Assembly: GCA_038087875.1 (NCBI GenBank)
Contig: CM075989.1
Coordinates: forward strand, 3,348,001 to 3,412,000
Source of the DNA: Malacoraja senta
Lineage: Eukaryota
Reading direction: 5' to 3'
Length of the DNA stretch: 64,000 nucleotides
The translations under genes and the position numbers were made by a program. This document shows, in pieces, positions 37,427 through 50,978 of the stretch (position 1 is the first letter of the stretch; every line of letters starts with the position of its first letter). Under the pieces are notes generated by a model. It made no database searches. It was not told the origin of the DNA and was given only the letters and a program-made list of their open reading frames with translations.

Positions 37427-37830
37427 TAGAAACATAGAAACATAGAAAATAGGTGCAGGAGGAGGTCATTCGGCCCCGAGCCAGCCTTCATTGTGATCAT
37501 TGGCTGATCGTCCCCTATCAATAACCCGTGCCTGCCTTCTCCCCATATCCCTTGACTCCACTAGCCCCTAGAGCTCTATCTAACTCTCTCTTAAATCCAT
37601 CCAGTGATTTGGCCTCCACTGCCCCCTGTGGCAGTGAATTCCATAAATTCGCAACTCTCTGGGTGAAAACATTTTTTCTCACCTCAGTCTTAAATGACCT
37701 CCCCTTTATTCTAAGACTGTGGCCCCTGGTTCTGGACTCGCCCAACAATGGGAACATTTTTCCTGCATCTAGCTTGTCCAGTCCTTTTATAATTTTATAT
37801 GTTTGTATAAGAACCCCCTCATCCTTCTAA
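37427..37830 (-). mobile_element. CR1 3' end nested in a plus-strand CR1 3' end (~37125-37877)
   Basis: MFPLLGESRTRGHSLRIKG...FTQRVANLWNSLPQ; (tttctatg)n tail. Confidence 0.8.
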
Positions 37831-39689
37831 TTTGATGGGCCGAACGGCCTAATTCAGCTCCTATCACTTATGAACTTATGAATAACTCTCCTGGTCTTCT
37901 TTGATGGACAGTAGGACTTTGGGGTCCGATTCCACAGCTCCCTGTAAGTGGCAACACAAGTAGATAGAGAGATAGGTCATGGGCCTGCAGCGGCCTGGGG
38001 CTTACCTGGATCGGGGGCACTCCAGTACTTCCAGCATGTGGACTTTGCACTTTGGACTTTTTCTTTTTCTTTGTAAACGGAGCCAAAATATGGCGACTGT
38101 GCATTTGTGGGTTGTGCAAAAGAATTTCACTGAGCTGTGCACACGAGACAATATAGAACCATTGAACCATTGACGAAGGTTATTTGGACTCGATTCTCCG
38201 TGATTGTTGTCAGAAAACAGTCGAGGGCAAAATAAGAACATCTTTGTTTTTGCTTCTCAAAAGAAACAGCTGAAGTTTTGTAACTGTGTCGGCGCCCTTT
38301 ACGTGGGCCCTCTTTGCATACCTTGTGTATGGTACGCAAAACAAAGACTGTCACTGTGACATGTCACATGTAATTATAAAGTATCAATCAGTCAAGAAGG
38401 TGTATGGTATGTCTGCCTTTATCCAGTTGGGGTATTGAGTATAACAATCAGGAAGTCATGATGCAGCTTTGGGTAGGTTACATTTGGAGTATTATGAGCA
38501 GCACCTCATTAAAGAGAGATGCCAAGACTACAGTGAAGTGTTTTGCTAGACTGGATTAGTGGGTATTACAGTAGCTATATGAAAAGTTTGGATTGTTTTC
38601 TCATGAACGGCAGAGGTTGCGGGGAGACCTTTAACCTACAAACCCACATATCTTTGGGAAGTGGGAGGCAACCGGAGCGCCCGGAGGAAACCCATACGGT
38701 CACAGGGAGAACGTGCAAAAACTCCACACAGAGCATGAGATCAGAATCGAGCCCGGGTCCCTGGCGTTGGGAGGCAGCGACTCTGCCACTGTACAACTGT
38801 GCCACCATTCAGCACTGTTCCTTCCGTACAGATCATCAAAACGTGACGGTCCCGACCCAAAACGTCGCCTGTTTCTCTACACTAAACTAAAACTAAAGTT
38901 AGTGAATGCACTCATTATACAGACCTCCATTTTAGAGTTACACTCCCTGCTCAGAGAGGTCAGCACGTGGAACTAATCATCAAAAAGAATTGTTGTTAAT
39001 AGCATACAATCATTTAAGGATAAAAGATAAACTGGTGAGGAAGGTAAAGCTGGTCGAGTTGTCTGACGAGGGGAGAGGAGGCTCATGTAAATAATTGATC
39101 CATTGGGCTGAATGCCACTTCTGTGCAGAATATTCATTATCATGAATCAGGGGTGCACGGTGGCGCAGCAGCACCAAGGGCCCGAGTTTGATATGACCAC
39201 GGAGGCTGTCTGTAGAGAGTTTGTACGTTCTCCCTGTGACCACGTGGGTTTTCTCCGGGTGCTCTGGTTTCCTCCCACAATCCAAAGACCTACAGGTGTG
39301 TAGGTGTAGGTTAATTGGCTTGGTAACGTTGTGAATTGTCCCCGGTGTGTATGTTAGTGTACGGGGTGATTGCTGCTCGGCGCGGACACGGTGGGCCGCA
39401 GGGCCTGTTTCCATGCTGTATCTCTAGGCTAAACTAAACTAAATCTCTCACCAGCTGAGTGAGTTTTCTCCGGGTGTTCCGGTTTCCTCCCACACTCCAA
39501 ACATGTACAGGTTTGTACATTCATTGACTTTGGTAAGTTGTAAAATTGTCCCGAGTGTGTGTAGGGTAGTGTAGGTGGCGATTGCTGGTCAGCACGGACC
39601 CGGTGGGCTGAAAGGCCTGTTTCTGCTCTGTACATGTAAAAGTCTAAAGTCTAGTGGTGAGGTTGCGTCCAAATGAACCTTGATATAAA

Positions 39690-40205
39690 GGTCATAAGGT
39701 CATGTGATAAAAGTAGAATTAGACCATTCGGCCCATCAAGTATACTCTGCTATTCAATCATGCCTAATCTATCTCTCCCTCCTAACCCCATTCTCCTGCC
39801 TTCTCCCCATAACCCCTGACACCTGTACTAATCAAGAATCTATCTATCAATGCCTTAAATATATCCACTGATGGCCTCCACAGTCTTCTGTGGCAAAGAA
39901 ATCCACAGATTCACAACCAAAGAAATTCCTCCTCATCTCCTTCCTAAAAGAACGTCCTTTAATTCTGAGGCTATGACCTCTAGTCCTAGACTCTCCCACT
40001 AGTGGAAACATCATCTCCACATCCATTCTATCCAAGCCTTTCGCTATTCTGTAGGTTTCAATGAGGTCCCCCCTCATTCTTCTAAACTCCAGCGAGTACA
40101 GGCTCAGTGCCGACAAACGCTGATCATAGGTTAACCTACTCATTCCTGGGATCATTCTTGTAAACCTCCTCTGGACCCTCTCCAGAGCCAGCACATCCTT
40201 CTCGG
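39690..40205 (-). mobile_element. CR1 3' fragment
   Basis: [42 protein letters not shown]. Confidence 0.85.
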
Positions 40206-40274
40206 ATAAAGTTGTCACAATTGGGAATAAGTCAGTCATGTGGTTCATTAATTGGCAGAATTCTTTGTTCACAG

Positions 40275-40612
40275 GGCGGGGATGTTGATGGCAAGGCTGT
40301 CACTTAGTGTCCATTCATAGATGGCTCATTCACAGGTCATTCCAGAGAGCAGTTAAGAATCAACTGCTCTATTGAGTCTAAACTCAGGTCAGGGCTAGAC
40401 TAAGTACAGATGACAGGTTTTATTTCCTTCACTGTAACGAGCACCATATGGAGTTTTACTCCAATCTGCTAGTTTCATGGTTGCTTGCTTTTTAATTCCA
40501 GATTTATTTAAATATTGAATTTAAATTCCCCCGCTGACCTGGTAGGATTTGAACTCACATCCTTGGATCAATAGTTCAGGACTCTGCCTGATTGTCCAAT
40601 GATTTAATCACT
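40275..40612 (-). mobile_element. Old, diverged tRNA-derived chondrichthyan SINE (other copies on plus: ~4020-4430, ~26570-26720, ~56070-56370)
   Basis: Minus strand reads gagttcaaatcctacca...ggggaatttaaattcaat...aataaatctggaatt...gttgattcttaactgctctctggaatg; the same blocks recur in the other copies. Confidence 0.6.
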
Positions 40613-41262
40613 TGCTACTCTACCCAATGGATCACAGATCATTAAAAGACTAAGTCCTGAAACTCGAGCTACTGTAACATTCATAGCCACTACTGCAAAC
40701 AGTTCCATTAAATGAGACAGATGAACGTTATACCGAAAGGACTGACAATTTAATTTCCTAGCTCTTTTGTGCACTAACCTTAATAGCAATTACCAGCAAA
40801 GAGTTTCCTCCTGGACCACAAACTGACATCTTCAATGTCAATAACCATGTCTCCAATTGTCTCATTTTCAGCCAGTCTGTCAGAACTGCTTGTGATGAGG
40901 TTTCTAACCTCGCTCAACTTCGTTGGCTGAGCGCTCTGAGGAAGAGAGGGCATTTTAAAAATCAGTACGCAAGGAGGCAGGGTGCCATTGAAGGCTGTCG
41001 GAGGCAGGGGAGCGGGCAGGCAGAATACTCAGAGATGTTTCAGATGTACGCTGCACATTTTGCAACGTGGGAGGCCACAAGCCCAGTTCAGTTTAGGTTC
41101 AGTTTAGTTTATCGTCACGAGTGCCGAAGTAACAATGAAAAGCTTTTGTTGCGTGCTCTCCAGTCAGCAGAAAGACAATACATGATTGCAATCGAGCCAT
41201 TTACAGAGCGTAGAAGGGAATAATGTTCAGTGCAAGGTAGAGCCAGCTAAGTCTGATCAAGG

Positions 41263-41476
41263 GTGCAGGAAAGAACTGCAGATGCTGGTTTAAATTGAAG
41301 GTAGACACAAAATGCTGGAGTAACTCCACGGGACAAGCAGCATCTCTGGAGAGAAGGAATGGGTGACGTTTCGGGTCGAGACTGAAGAAGGGTCTCCACC
41401 CCGAAACATCACCCATTCCTTCTCTCCAGAGATGCTGCCTGTCCCACTGAGTTACTCCAGCATTTTGTGTCTACCT
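41263..41476. mobile_element. Palindromic pLTR-derived hairpin element
   Basis: gtagacacaaaatgctggagtaactc...gagttactccagcattttgtgtctacc inverted arms. Confidence 0.8.
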
Positions 41477-42321
41477 AAGTCTGATCAAGGATAGTCCGAG
41501 GGTCACCAATGAGGTTGGTAGTAGTTTCGCACTGCTCTCTAGTTGTGGTAGGATGATTCAGTTGCCCGATCTGGAGGTGTGCGTTTTCACACCTATGCCT
41601 TTTGCCTGATGGGAGAGGGGAGAAGAGGAAGTGTCCAGGGTGTGGCCCATCCTTGATTATGCTGCTGGCCTTGCCGAGGCAGCATGAGGGGCACTCCCTC
41701 CCCCGAATTCCAGCGATTACTTTATCCCTCATTAAGGATGGCACAGCTGGTAGAGCTGCTGCCTCACAGCGCCAGAGACCCGGGTTCAATCTGACCTCTA
41801 AATGTATCTCCTCACCTCCATGATACAAGATGGCGTCCAAGCCAGGCGACTCTGTGTGCTAGTCACAGAAGTTGATCTGCAACCATGTATTACAATCTCT
41901 ACTCCAACAGCAGGCAACTGAACCATCTTATCACCAATTAGAGAATGGTCCCACTATTTACCACACTGGAGACCCTCAGACTATCTTTAATCAGACTTTA
42001 CTGGACTTTATTTTGCACTAAACATTATTGCCTTTATCTGTACACTGTGGACGGCTTGATTGCCATCGTGTACTGTCTTTCCGCTGACTGGTTAGCACGC
42101 AACAACAGCTTTTCAAGGACCCTCGGTACACACGACCATAAACAAATTGAAACTAAACCAAACTGAAGATAGACACAAAACTCAGTGGGACAGGCAGCAT
42201 CTCTGGAGAGAAGGAAAGGGTGACGTTTTGGATCGAGACCCTTTGTCTGGGTGACGTTTTGGGTCAAATACTAAACATTACTTCCTGTGGCAGCAAGTTG
42301 CACATTATATCTGCTCTCTGA

Positions 42322-42551
42322 AGGGCCTGTCCCACTTGGGCGTCATTTGTGCGTCATGCAGGTGGCGTGCGAAGATTTTGTGAATCCCCAAATCCTGGGG
42401 CGCTGCGCGCGACTGCGCGTCACTGCCTACGTCACCACGCACCATGCGCTCGTAATACACTTCATGCGCGGGTAATGCACGACAAGGCGCATCACGTGCG
42501 CCTCAGGACACGTAAATGACGCGCAAATGACGCCCAAGTGGGACAGGCCCT
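42322..42551. mobile_element. PIF/Harbinger-like MITE
   Basis: TIR AGGGCCTGTCCCACTTGGGCGTCATTTG / CAAATGACGCCCAAGTGGGACAGGCCCT; perfect 3-bp TSD TGA. Confidence 0.85.
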
Positions 42552-43479
42552 TGAGTAACCAAATCCTTCCAGAATTCTGCTGCAGATTATGTGCCTTCTT
42601 TACATTCATGCACGCCAGATACACACAATTGTTCAATTTATTTATTTCACGAGAACAAAAGGGAAGCTGCAGGCTGTTGACATATCGAGGGCACAAAACT
42701 GTTAAGTCTGAGAAAATCAGAGCAAAGCATTAAAAAATCTACGTGAATGCTCCAGATCTTCTACTTACATTTTGCACAGGTTGCAAAATGATGTCCTGCC
42801 ATCCCATAGCCGCAGGCACAGAGGACTCAGAGAAAGTCTGGGCAGAATAAATACACCAAGTAGCAATTTGAAGGCTGCAAGTGCCTTCTTTGATTGTTTG
42901 TCTTTGTGGCCAACTGGTAAAATAGTGTTAGGCTTTGCGTAAATATCCTGAGGTGATAAAACCTCAGAGTCTCCATTCCAATTTCCTCCATGTTAGACCG
43001 ATAGAGTCACACAGCACACAACAGGCCCTTCGGCCCAACTCATCCTTGCTGACCGAGATGCCACATTTTCCCACGTTTGGCCCATATCCCTCGAAACCTT
43101 TCCTATCCATGTACCTGTTCTCTGGTTTCCTCCCAGATTCTAAAGTGTATAAAATTATGAGGGGAGTAGATCGGGTTAATTCAGAGTCTTTTTCCCAGGG
43201 TAGAGGAATCTAGAACCAGAGGACAAAGGTTTAAGGTGATGGGTGGGGGTGGGGGGTGGGGAAGATTTGCTAGGAACCCCAGGAGCAACTTTTTCACACA
43301 GAGAGTGGTGGATATATGGAACGAGTTGCCAGAGGAGGTAGTTGAGGCAGGCACTATGACAGCATTTTTAAAAACTTGAACAGGTACATGGATAGGAAGG
43401 GTTCAGTGGGATATGGAACAAATGGGATTTGGGCAGGTGGGACTATTTGGAAGTTGGGGCATCTTGCTTGGCACGGTCA

Positions 43480-44330
43480 AATATTGTATTATATTGTATT
43501 GTATATCTTTATTGTCATTTCCTGAGTATTCACATACCCAGAGGAAACAAAAAAACGTTCCTCAACCAGTGTCCATTTCAGTGTGCAGTAAAAAATAAAT
43601 AGAAGTAAAAATACATATATCATGAACAAATTAACACTCTACTCTACTAAACATCAACAGGCGTTCCGATCGGCAGCGGCACGACAGTGGCTCTGCTGCA
43701 GTGTGTCCAGGTTGGTGGTTGGTGCACGATACTTTGGCAGGGGACAAAGTCCGTTTATCAGTCTTATAACCTGCGGGAAGAAGCTGAGGAGCATCCTGCT
43801 GGTTTTGCACCTAATGCTCCTGTACCTCTTCCCAGATGGCAGGATGGAGAATATGTGATGCAATGGGTGGTAGGGGTATTTGATGATGGAGATGGCTCTG
43901 CTGATACATCTCTTCCTGTATATGTCCAGCAGGAAAGGGAGTGGAGCACCAATAATCCTGCTGGCGGTCTTCACAATCCTGTCTAGTTGGTGCCGTTCGT
44001 ACGCCTTGCAGCTCCCGAACCAGGAAGTGATGCCGTAGGTTAATGTGCTCTCGATTGTCCCCCTATAAAAAGTTCGTAGGTGTGTAGTGGGGAGACCTGC
44101 TTTACATAGTCTTCGGAGAGGGTGTAGTCGCTGCTGGGCTCTCTTGACCAGTGCTGTGGTGTTGGTCGTGGACGTCAGGTCATCTGACAGGTGGAGTCCT
44201 AGGAACTTCACGCTGTTGACCCTTTCCACATCAGCTCCATCGATGTGCAGAGGTGTATGGTGTTGTTTTCCCGCCCTCCTGAAGTCAACCACCATCTCCT
44301 TAGTTTTTCCCACGTTGAGAATGAGGTTGT
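43480..44330 (-). mobile_element. Rex1/Babar LINE 3' part
   Basis: KTKEMVVDFRR, VKFLGLHLSDDL, KRAQQRLHPLRRL, FYRGTIESTLTYGITSWFG, LPSGKRYRSI. Confidence 0.9.
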
Positions 44331-45027
44331 GGGATTTGCACCTAGATCTGAAGGGCCTGTTTCCACCCTGTATGAATCTGTGTACTGGTTGGTACTTGGC
44401 AACTGTGATTTGCAGTCCCCACCGCCAGTCGAATCCGAGGAAACTTAATAAGAATGTCAGGAGGATTAAAAAAGAGATTCCATTTGGATTAGTTCAAGCA
44501 GGGGGATGATGGTCAACATGGATCCAGTGGGCCGAAGGTCCTGTTTCCATGCTATATCTCTCTATGATTCGATAACTCTTTCTATGAGTCACTGTGACCA
44601 GTGTAAGACTCTGAAGTAAATCCAAGAAGGAGGATGTGACCCTTTAAAGTAACAGGGTATTCCTTTCACTATAGATAGTGTCACGATTTGGGACAGATCA
44701 AAAATATTACACTGAAATTGTGTACAATCATAAGAGGTATTTAATGCAACATAAGCATTGTGCAAATTAATTATGGTATAATAATACATGTGAATGTTCA
44801 TACAAGAGATGGCGGGCTTGTGCAGCGGTAGAGTTGCTGCCTTACAGCGCCAGAGACCTGGGTTCGATCCTGACTGCACGGAGTTTGTACGTTCTCCCCG
44901 TGACCATGTGGGTTTCCTCCGGGTGCTCCGGTTTCCTCCCACATTCCAAAGACGTGCAGGTTTGTAGGCTTATTGGCTTTGGTAAGAATTGTAAATTGTC
45001 CCAAGTGTTGTCGGATAGTGTTGACGT

Positions 45028-45670
45028 ATGGACATGGACTACATATGCCAGGCAGGAGAGAAGACTCAACACCTTACACCTTAGAAGCATCCACCTTATC
45101 TTGGGCATATCCTGGCAAGACAGAGAGTCCAACGCCGAGATCCTGTCTCGCGCTGGCCTTCCCAGTAAGTACACTCTACTCAGGCAGCGCAGACTGCGGT
45201 GGCTGGGCTATGTCCACTGCATGGAGGATGGCCGTATTCCAATAGACATCCTCTATGGAGAGTTGACATCTGTGAGGAGAACCATCGGCCGCCCCCAGCT
45301 ACGTTACAAGGATGTCTGCAAGAGAGATATGAAGGCGCTCGACATCGATGTGGAGTCATGGGAGAGCATTGCAGCTGACCGCATGAGGTGGAGAGGTACC
45401 CTGAACCAACATCTCAAAACGGTGGAAGAGAAACTGTTGAACGCAGCGGCAGACAAGCGGGCGGGCGGGCAGAAAGGAGCGCAGCAACTTCAACAAACAA
45501 TTGCAAACTGTTCCTAGTGTGTAGGATTATGTTAGAGTACGGGGATCACTCCCACATTGGTCTCTTCAGCCACAAGCGATGTTGCTCCAGCTGAGGATTG
45601 GAGCAAGCAGCCAACAACTAGGATGCATCACCCATGGTCAGTCATGACCGAGGGGGGGCCTACGATGATG
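45028..45670 (+). mobile_element. RTE-clade LINE 3' part inserted in an HE1 SINE
   Basis: TWTTYARQERRLN...ILGISWQD...RRLRWLGYV..MEDGRIP..ILYGEL...GRPQLRYKDVCKRDMK; (GAT)n tail. Confidence 0.85.
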
Positions 45671-46098
45671 GGGTGATCGCTGGTCGACGCGGACTCGGTG
45701 GGCCAAAGGGCTTGTTTCCATGCTGTATCTCTAAAGTAATAAACTAAACTAAATGAGATGTTTGTGAGGGAAACATCTGTAGTTTTGTACATTATAACAT
45801 GAGCAATTAGGAAGGGGTGCCAGAGTCACAAGCTTCTCGACATTGGGGGGAGGTTCTTGGTATACTGGGATAGCTTCCAAGTAAAGAGGAATCAAAATAG
45901 GAAAACAGGAAAATTGGCAGTCTTAGGGAGGCAGAGAAGGTCCATTATTTAGCCTCCGAACCCTCTCTCCACATAAACGGTCGTCATTGTTGTGCCTTTG
46001 TGTTTAGTTTAGTTATAGTTAGAGATACAGCATGGAAACAGGCCCTGCGGCCCACCAAGTCCACGCCGACCAGTGCACACACTAGCAATATCCTACAC

Positions 46099-47118
46099 AA
46101 TCAGATATTCGACTCGATAACAATCAGCACGGGAGCACCTCAAGGCTGCGTGCTCAGCCCCCTGCTGTACTCACTCTATACTCATGACTGCATAGCCGGT
46201 CATAGTGCAAACTCGATCATCAAGTTCGCTGACGACACCACTATTGTGGGACGTATCACTGATGGGGATGAGTCAGAGTATAGAAGAGAGATTGAGTGAC
46301 TGACCATATGGTGCCAGCACAATAACCTGGCCCTCAACACCAGCAAAACCAAGGAACTGATTGTGGACTTTGGAAGGGGTATGATGGGGACCCACAGTCC
46401 CGTTTATATCAATGGGTCGATGGTGGAAAGGGTCAAGAGCTTCAAATTCCTGGGCGTGCATATCTCTGAAGATCTTTCCTGGTCCGAGAACACTGATGCA
46501 ATTATTAAGAAAGCACATCAGCGCCTCTACTTCCTGAGAAGATTACGGAGAGTCGATATGTCAAGGAGGACTCTCTCTAACTTCTACAGTTGCACAGTAG
46601 AGAGCATGCTGACCGGTTGCATCGTGGCTTGGTTCGGCGACTTGAGCGCACTGGAGCAGAAAAGACTACAAAAAGTAGTAAACACTGCCCAGTCCATCAT
46701 CGGCTCTGACCTCCCTTCCATCGAGTTGATCTATCGCTGTCGCTGCCTCAAAAAGGCTGGCAGCATCATCAAGGACCAACACCATCCTGGCCACACACTC
46801 ATCTCCCCGCTACCTTCGGGTAGAAGGTACAGGAGCCTGAAGACTGCAACGACCAGGTCCAGGAATAGCTACTTCCCCACAGTCATCAGGCTATTAAACT
46901 CGACTCGGACAAAACTCTGAACATTAATAGCCCATTATCTGTTTATTTGTACTTTATCAGTTTATTTATTCATGTGTGTATATATTTATATAATGGTATA
47001 TGGACACACTGATCTGTTCTGTAGTCATGCCTATGTTCTGTTGTGCTGAAGCAAAGCAAGAATGTCCTTGTCCTATCAGGGACACATGACAATAAACTCT
47101 CTTGAAACACTTGAAACA
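46099..47118 (+). mobile_element. Rex1/Babar LINE 3' part inserted in an HE1 SINE
   Basis: STGAPQGCVLSPLLYSLYTHDC, KFADDTT, FKFLGVHISEDLSW, LPSGRRYRSL; premature stop at 46297-46299; (cttgaaaca)n tail. Confidence 0.9.
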
Positions 47119-47792
47119 CTCAGGACAATTTACAATCTTTACCAAAGCCAAATAACCTACAAACCTGTATGTCTTATGAGTGTTGGAGGAAACCGGAGCA
47201 CCCGGAGTAAACCCACACGGGTCATGGGGAGTACGTACAGGCATCACCTGGGTCTCTGGGGCTGTAAGGCAGCAACTTTACTGCTGCACCACCATGATGT
47301 TTCCAGCCATTTTTCTTAATTTAACCTCTGAGATACAACACGGGATGTCTTAATTCAATAAAGGCTCTCTCCAAATGGAAGTTGTTACCTTAAAGCAGTA
47401 ATAAATTATATTTTACTCAATGGAGATAAAAGAGAGACTGCAAATGCTATAATCTGTACAACAAACAAACTGCTGGAGGAACTCAGCAGGTCAGGCAGCA
47501 TCTATGGAGGCAAAGGAAAGGTCAAAGTATCGGGTCAGGGCCCTGTTTCCTGCATTATGCTCACAAAATTGCTTAGAAGAATAAATAAATCCTCCATACA
47601 CGAAAAGCCATCTCCAACAGCTCAAAAGCTCATTGTTTATGCAGTACTAGTTTTTAGCACAAGGTTCATAGTACATGGTTATCAGAGTTCAACTTTCAGT
47701 GTATTACAGGTGAATACATTAATTTTATATTATTAATCTTGTTTAAAGTCACATTCTTGTGTCTGTTTGCTGGAGATTTCATTTAAGGTCAA

Positions 47793-48100
47793 CGGGTTGG
47801 CACAGTGGCAGCCTTACAGTTGCTGCCTCACAGCGCCAGAGACCCGGGTTCGATCCTGATTACGGGTGCTGTCTGTACGGAGTTTGTACGTTCTCCCCGT
47901 GATCTATGTGGGTTTTATCCGGGTGCTCCGGTTTCCTCCCACACTCCAAAGACGTACAGATCTGTAAATTAATTTGGCTTCGGTAAAAATTGTAAATTGT
48001 CCCTAGTGTAGGATTATGTTAGAGTACGGGGATCGCTGGTCGGTGCAGACCCAGGGGTTCAAAGGGCCTGTTTCCGTGCTGTTTCTCTAAAAATCTAAAC
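47793..48100 (+). mobile_element. HE1-type V-SINE (other plus copies: 16641-17050, 20495-20780, 26207-26515, 39150-39440, 44808-45752 split, 49394-49685, 52656-52945, 55040-55255, 60957-61217)
   Basis: ggttcgatcc B box, ggtgctccggtttcctcccacactccaaagacg core, CR1-like tail. Confidence 0.85.
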
Positions 48101-48152
48101 AAGTCACCTTGGGAGATTAATTGGCAGATAATTGGATACCAACTAATTGAAT

Positions 48153-48342
48153 GGAACAAAAAGTGCTGGAGTTACTCGGTGGGTCAGGCAGCATCTCAGG
48201 ATGACATGGTTAGGTGACGTTTTGGGTCGGAACCCCTCTTCAGATTGAAGAGGGGTCCTCACCTATCCATGTCCTCCAGAGATGCCGCCTGACCCACCGA
48301 GTTCCAACAGCACTTTTTGTTCTACGTAAGATTCCAGCATCT
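48153..48342. mobile_element. Older palindromic pLTR-derived hairpin element
   Basis: gaacaaaaagtgctggagttactcggtgggtcaggcagcatc...gatgccgcctgacccaccgagttccaacagcactttttgttc. Confidence 0.7.
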
Positions 48343-50978
48343 AGTTTAGTTTAGTTTAATTCATTGTTTGCATACTACACGTGATTAAAATCAAGCCGTC
48401 CACAGTGTCTAGATATAGAATAATGGGTACAACATTTAGTGCAAGATAAAGTCCAATAAGGAGCACGCCACAGGGCTGCCTGACTGTGGCACTGTGGGAG
48501 AGACACAATCATCTGGGGAAATTAACCTCTGCCCCTCCCCTGTGCCTCTGCCCTCTCACCATGACTGACCTATTTATACCCTCCACAGCCTAAATTCCTT
48601 CCTCCAGCATCACAATTTGTAACTCTTCCATCCTGTCTCACACCTTCTGCTTTAATCTCTGACCTTTGTTCCAACCATCTGACTATCTAACCCCCCCCCC
48701 TCGCCTCTATCCACCTGCCACGCTTTGTCCTGCCTCTCCTCTCTTCTAGCTTTCTTCCCTCCACTCCCCACCCTCACAATCATTCTGAAGACGGGTCCCG
48801 ACCCAAAACCTCACCTATCCATGTTCTCCAGAGATGCTGCCTGACCTGCTGAGTTACACCAGCACTTTGTGTCCTTTTGTGTGAACCAACATCTGCAGTT
48901 CCTTGTTTCTACAAGAATGGAGTGGCAGCAGGAGATAGTATGAAGAAGGTGGTTAACATTCAATGGCAATTGAATTCAACAGGTCTTTGCATCAGACTTC
49001 TCTGTAAAAATGCCCCAGTAATAACTACAGGTCAGGAATCGGCATGGTATTGCGCGACATAATTTGTTGGAAGTGCAGGCTGATGACGCTCCGTGTGCTG
49101 ATGGATTTTATCCTTGAGTTTTAAATGAAGTAGTTAAGTGGGATAGTTGATGCACTGTCAGTCACACAGAACAGAAACAGGCCCTTCAGCCTATCTGGGA
49201 CCACCTTATTGCACTTCTACACCAATCCCATTTACGTGCATTGGGACTGAGTCTGAAGAAGGGTCTTGACCCGAAACGTCACCTATTCCTTTTCTCCAGA
49301 GATACTGCCTGCTGAGTTGCTCCAGCCTTTTGTCTATCTTGGGGCTATGCTTTGTCTATTTAAGTATCTATTGGTATATTGTATTAATCCTAAGGGCGGC
49401 ACGGTAGCGCAGCGGTTGCTGCCTTACACCGCTTGCAGCGCCGGAGACCCGGGTTCGATCCTGACTAGAGGTGCTGTCTGTGCGGAGTTTGTAAGTTCTC
49501 CCCGTGACCGCGTAGATTTTCTCTGAGTTCTTCAGTTTCCTCCCACGTTCCAAAGACGTACGGGTTTGGCTTGGGCTCAGTGTAAATTGTCCCTAGTGTG
49601 TGTAGCATAGTGTTAATGTGCAGTGATCGCTGGTCGTTGTGGACTCGATGGGCCTGTTTCTGCGCTGTATCACTAAACTAAACTAGATCTATAGATTCCG
49701 GCTGGAATTTATTCTTGTCCCACCACAGATACTACCTGGCCTGATGAGTTCCTCCAGCACTGTTTTTTGCTTGAGTTTACAGTATCTGTAGTCTCGTGTA
49801 GCCAGAATAAGTAATTTGTCTTATGAGAAAGATTGGGTGGCCTAAGCTTGTAGCCACTGGAGTTACGAATAAAAGAGATGACCCTTTGAAACTTAATATT
49901 CTGAAGGAGCTTGACATAAACATAGAACAGTTCAGCACAGGAATGGCCCCTTTGACGCACAATGTTTATGCTGACAATTATGCCAAGTTTAACTGATCTC
50001 GTCTACCTGTACATGAGTTGAGTTTATTGTCACATGTACAGTAAAAAGCTTTTGTTGCATGCTAACCAGTCAGCAGAAAGTTACAATCGAGCTAGCCACA
50101 GATGGACGATAAAGGGAATAACGTGAATAATGTTTAGTGCAAGATAACGCCAGTAAGGTCCAATCAAAGATAATCCAAGGGTCTCCAATGATGTGGATAA
50201 TAGTTCAGGACTGCTCTCTAGTTGGTGACAGGATGGTAAGTTGCCTGATCACAGCTGGGAAGAAACTGTCCCTGAATCTGGAGGTGTGCGTTTTCACATT
50301 TCCATGTGCCTTTCAAATGTGGAATTAGAGTGGATGTTTCCGTGTGAGAAGATCCAAGAACTGGAATCTCAGTTTAAGCGCCACTCATTTAAAGAAAAAT
50401 TGTTTTTGCATAACAAATATCTGGAATGCTTTGCCTCAAAAAGTATTGGAAGCAGTCTTTGAATGTTTTAGAGGGAGCGGTACATGGATTCTCAAGTGCA
50501 GGAGGATGAAAGATTACTATAGGTAGAGGGGATATAGAGTTGTGTTACAGTCAGATCAGCTATGACCTTATTAATGTAAGATTTTGTTCTGACTGCCATT
50601 GGCTTAATTTAGAGGTACAGGACAGAAACAGGCCCTTCGACCCACCTAGTCTGCACCGATCTGCGATCCCCGTACCCGAGCACTTTCCTACACACTAGGG
50701 ACAATTTTTACCGATGCCAATTAACCTATAAACCTGTACGTCTTTGGAGTGTGGGAGGAAACGGAAGAAACCCGGAGAAACAAACCAGGAGAAACTAATA
50801 CCTCTATTTCACCTTTTCCTTATGGAAAAGCTTTGTCCGCCCATTGTGAATGAGATTCAGGTCCAGTAATCCAGGTTTTTTAACTTTCAAACTATCACAA
50901 AAAGATACTAACAAGTGCGGTTTGATTGCAGATTTTTAATATCAAAATTTTACTAACATACTGGAAAAAGTAAATAAA

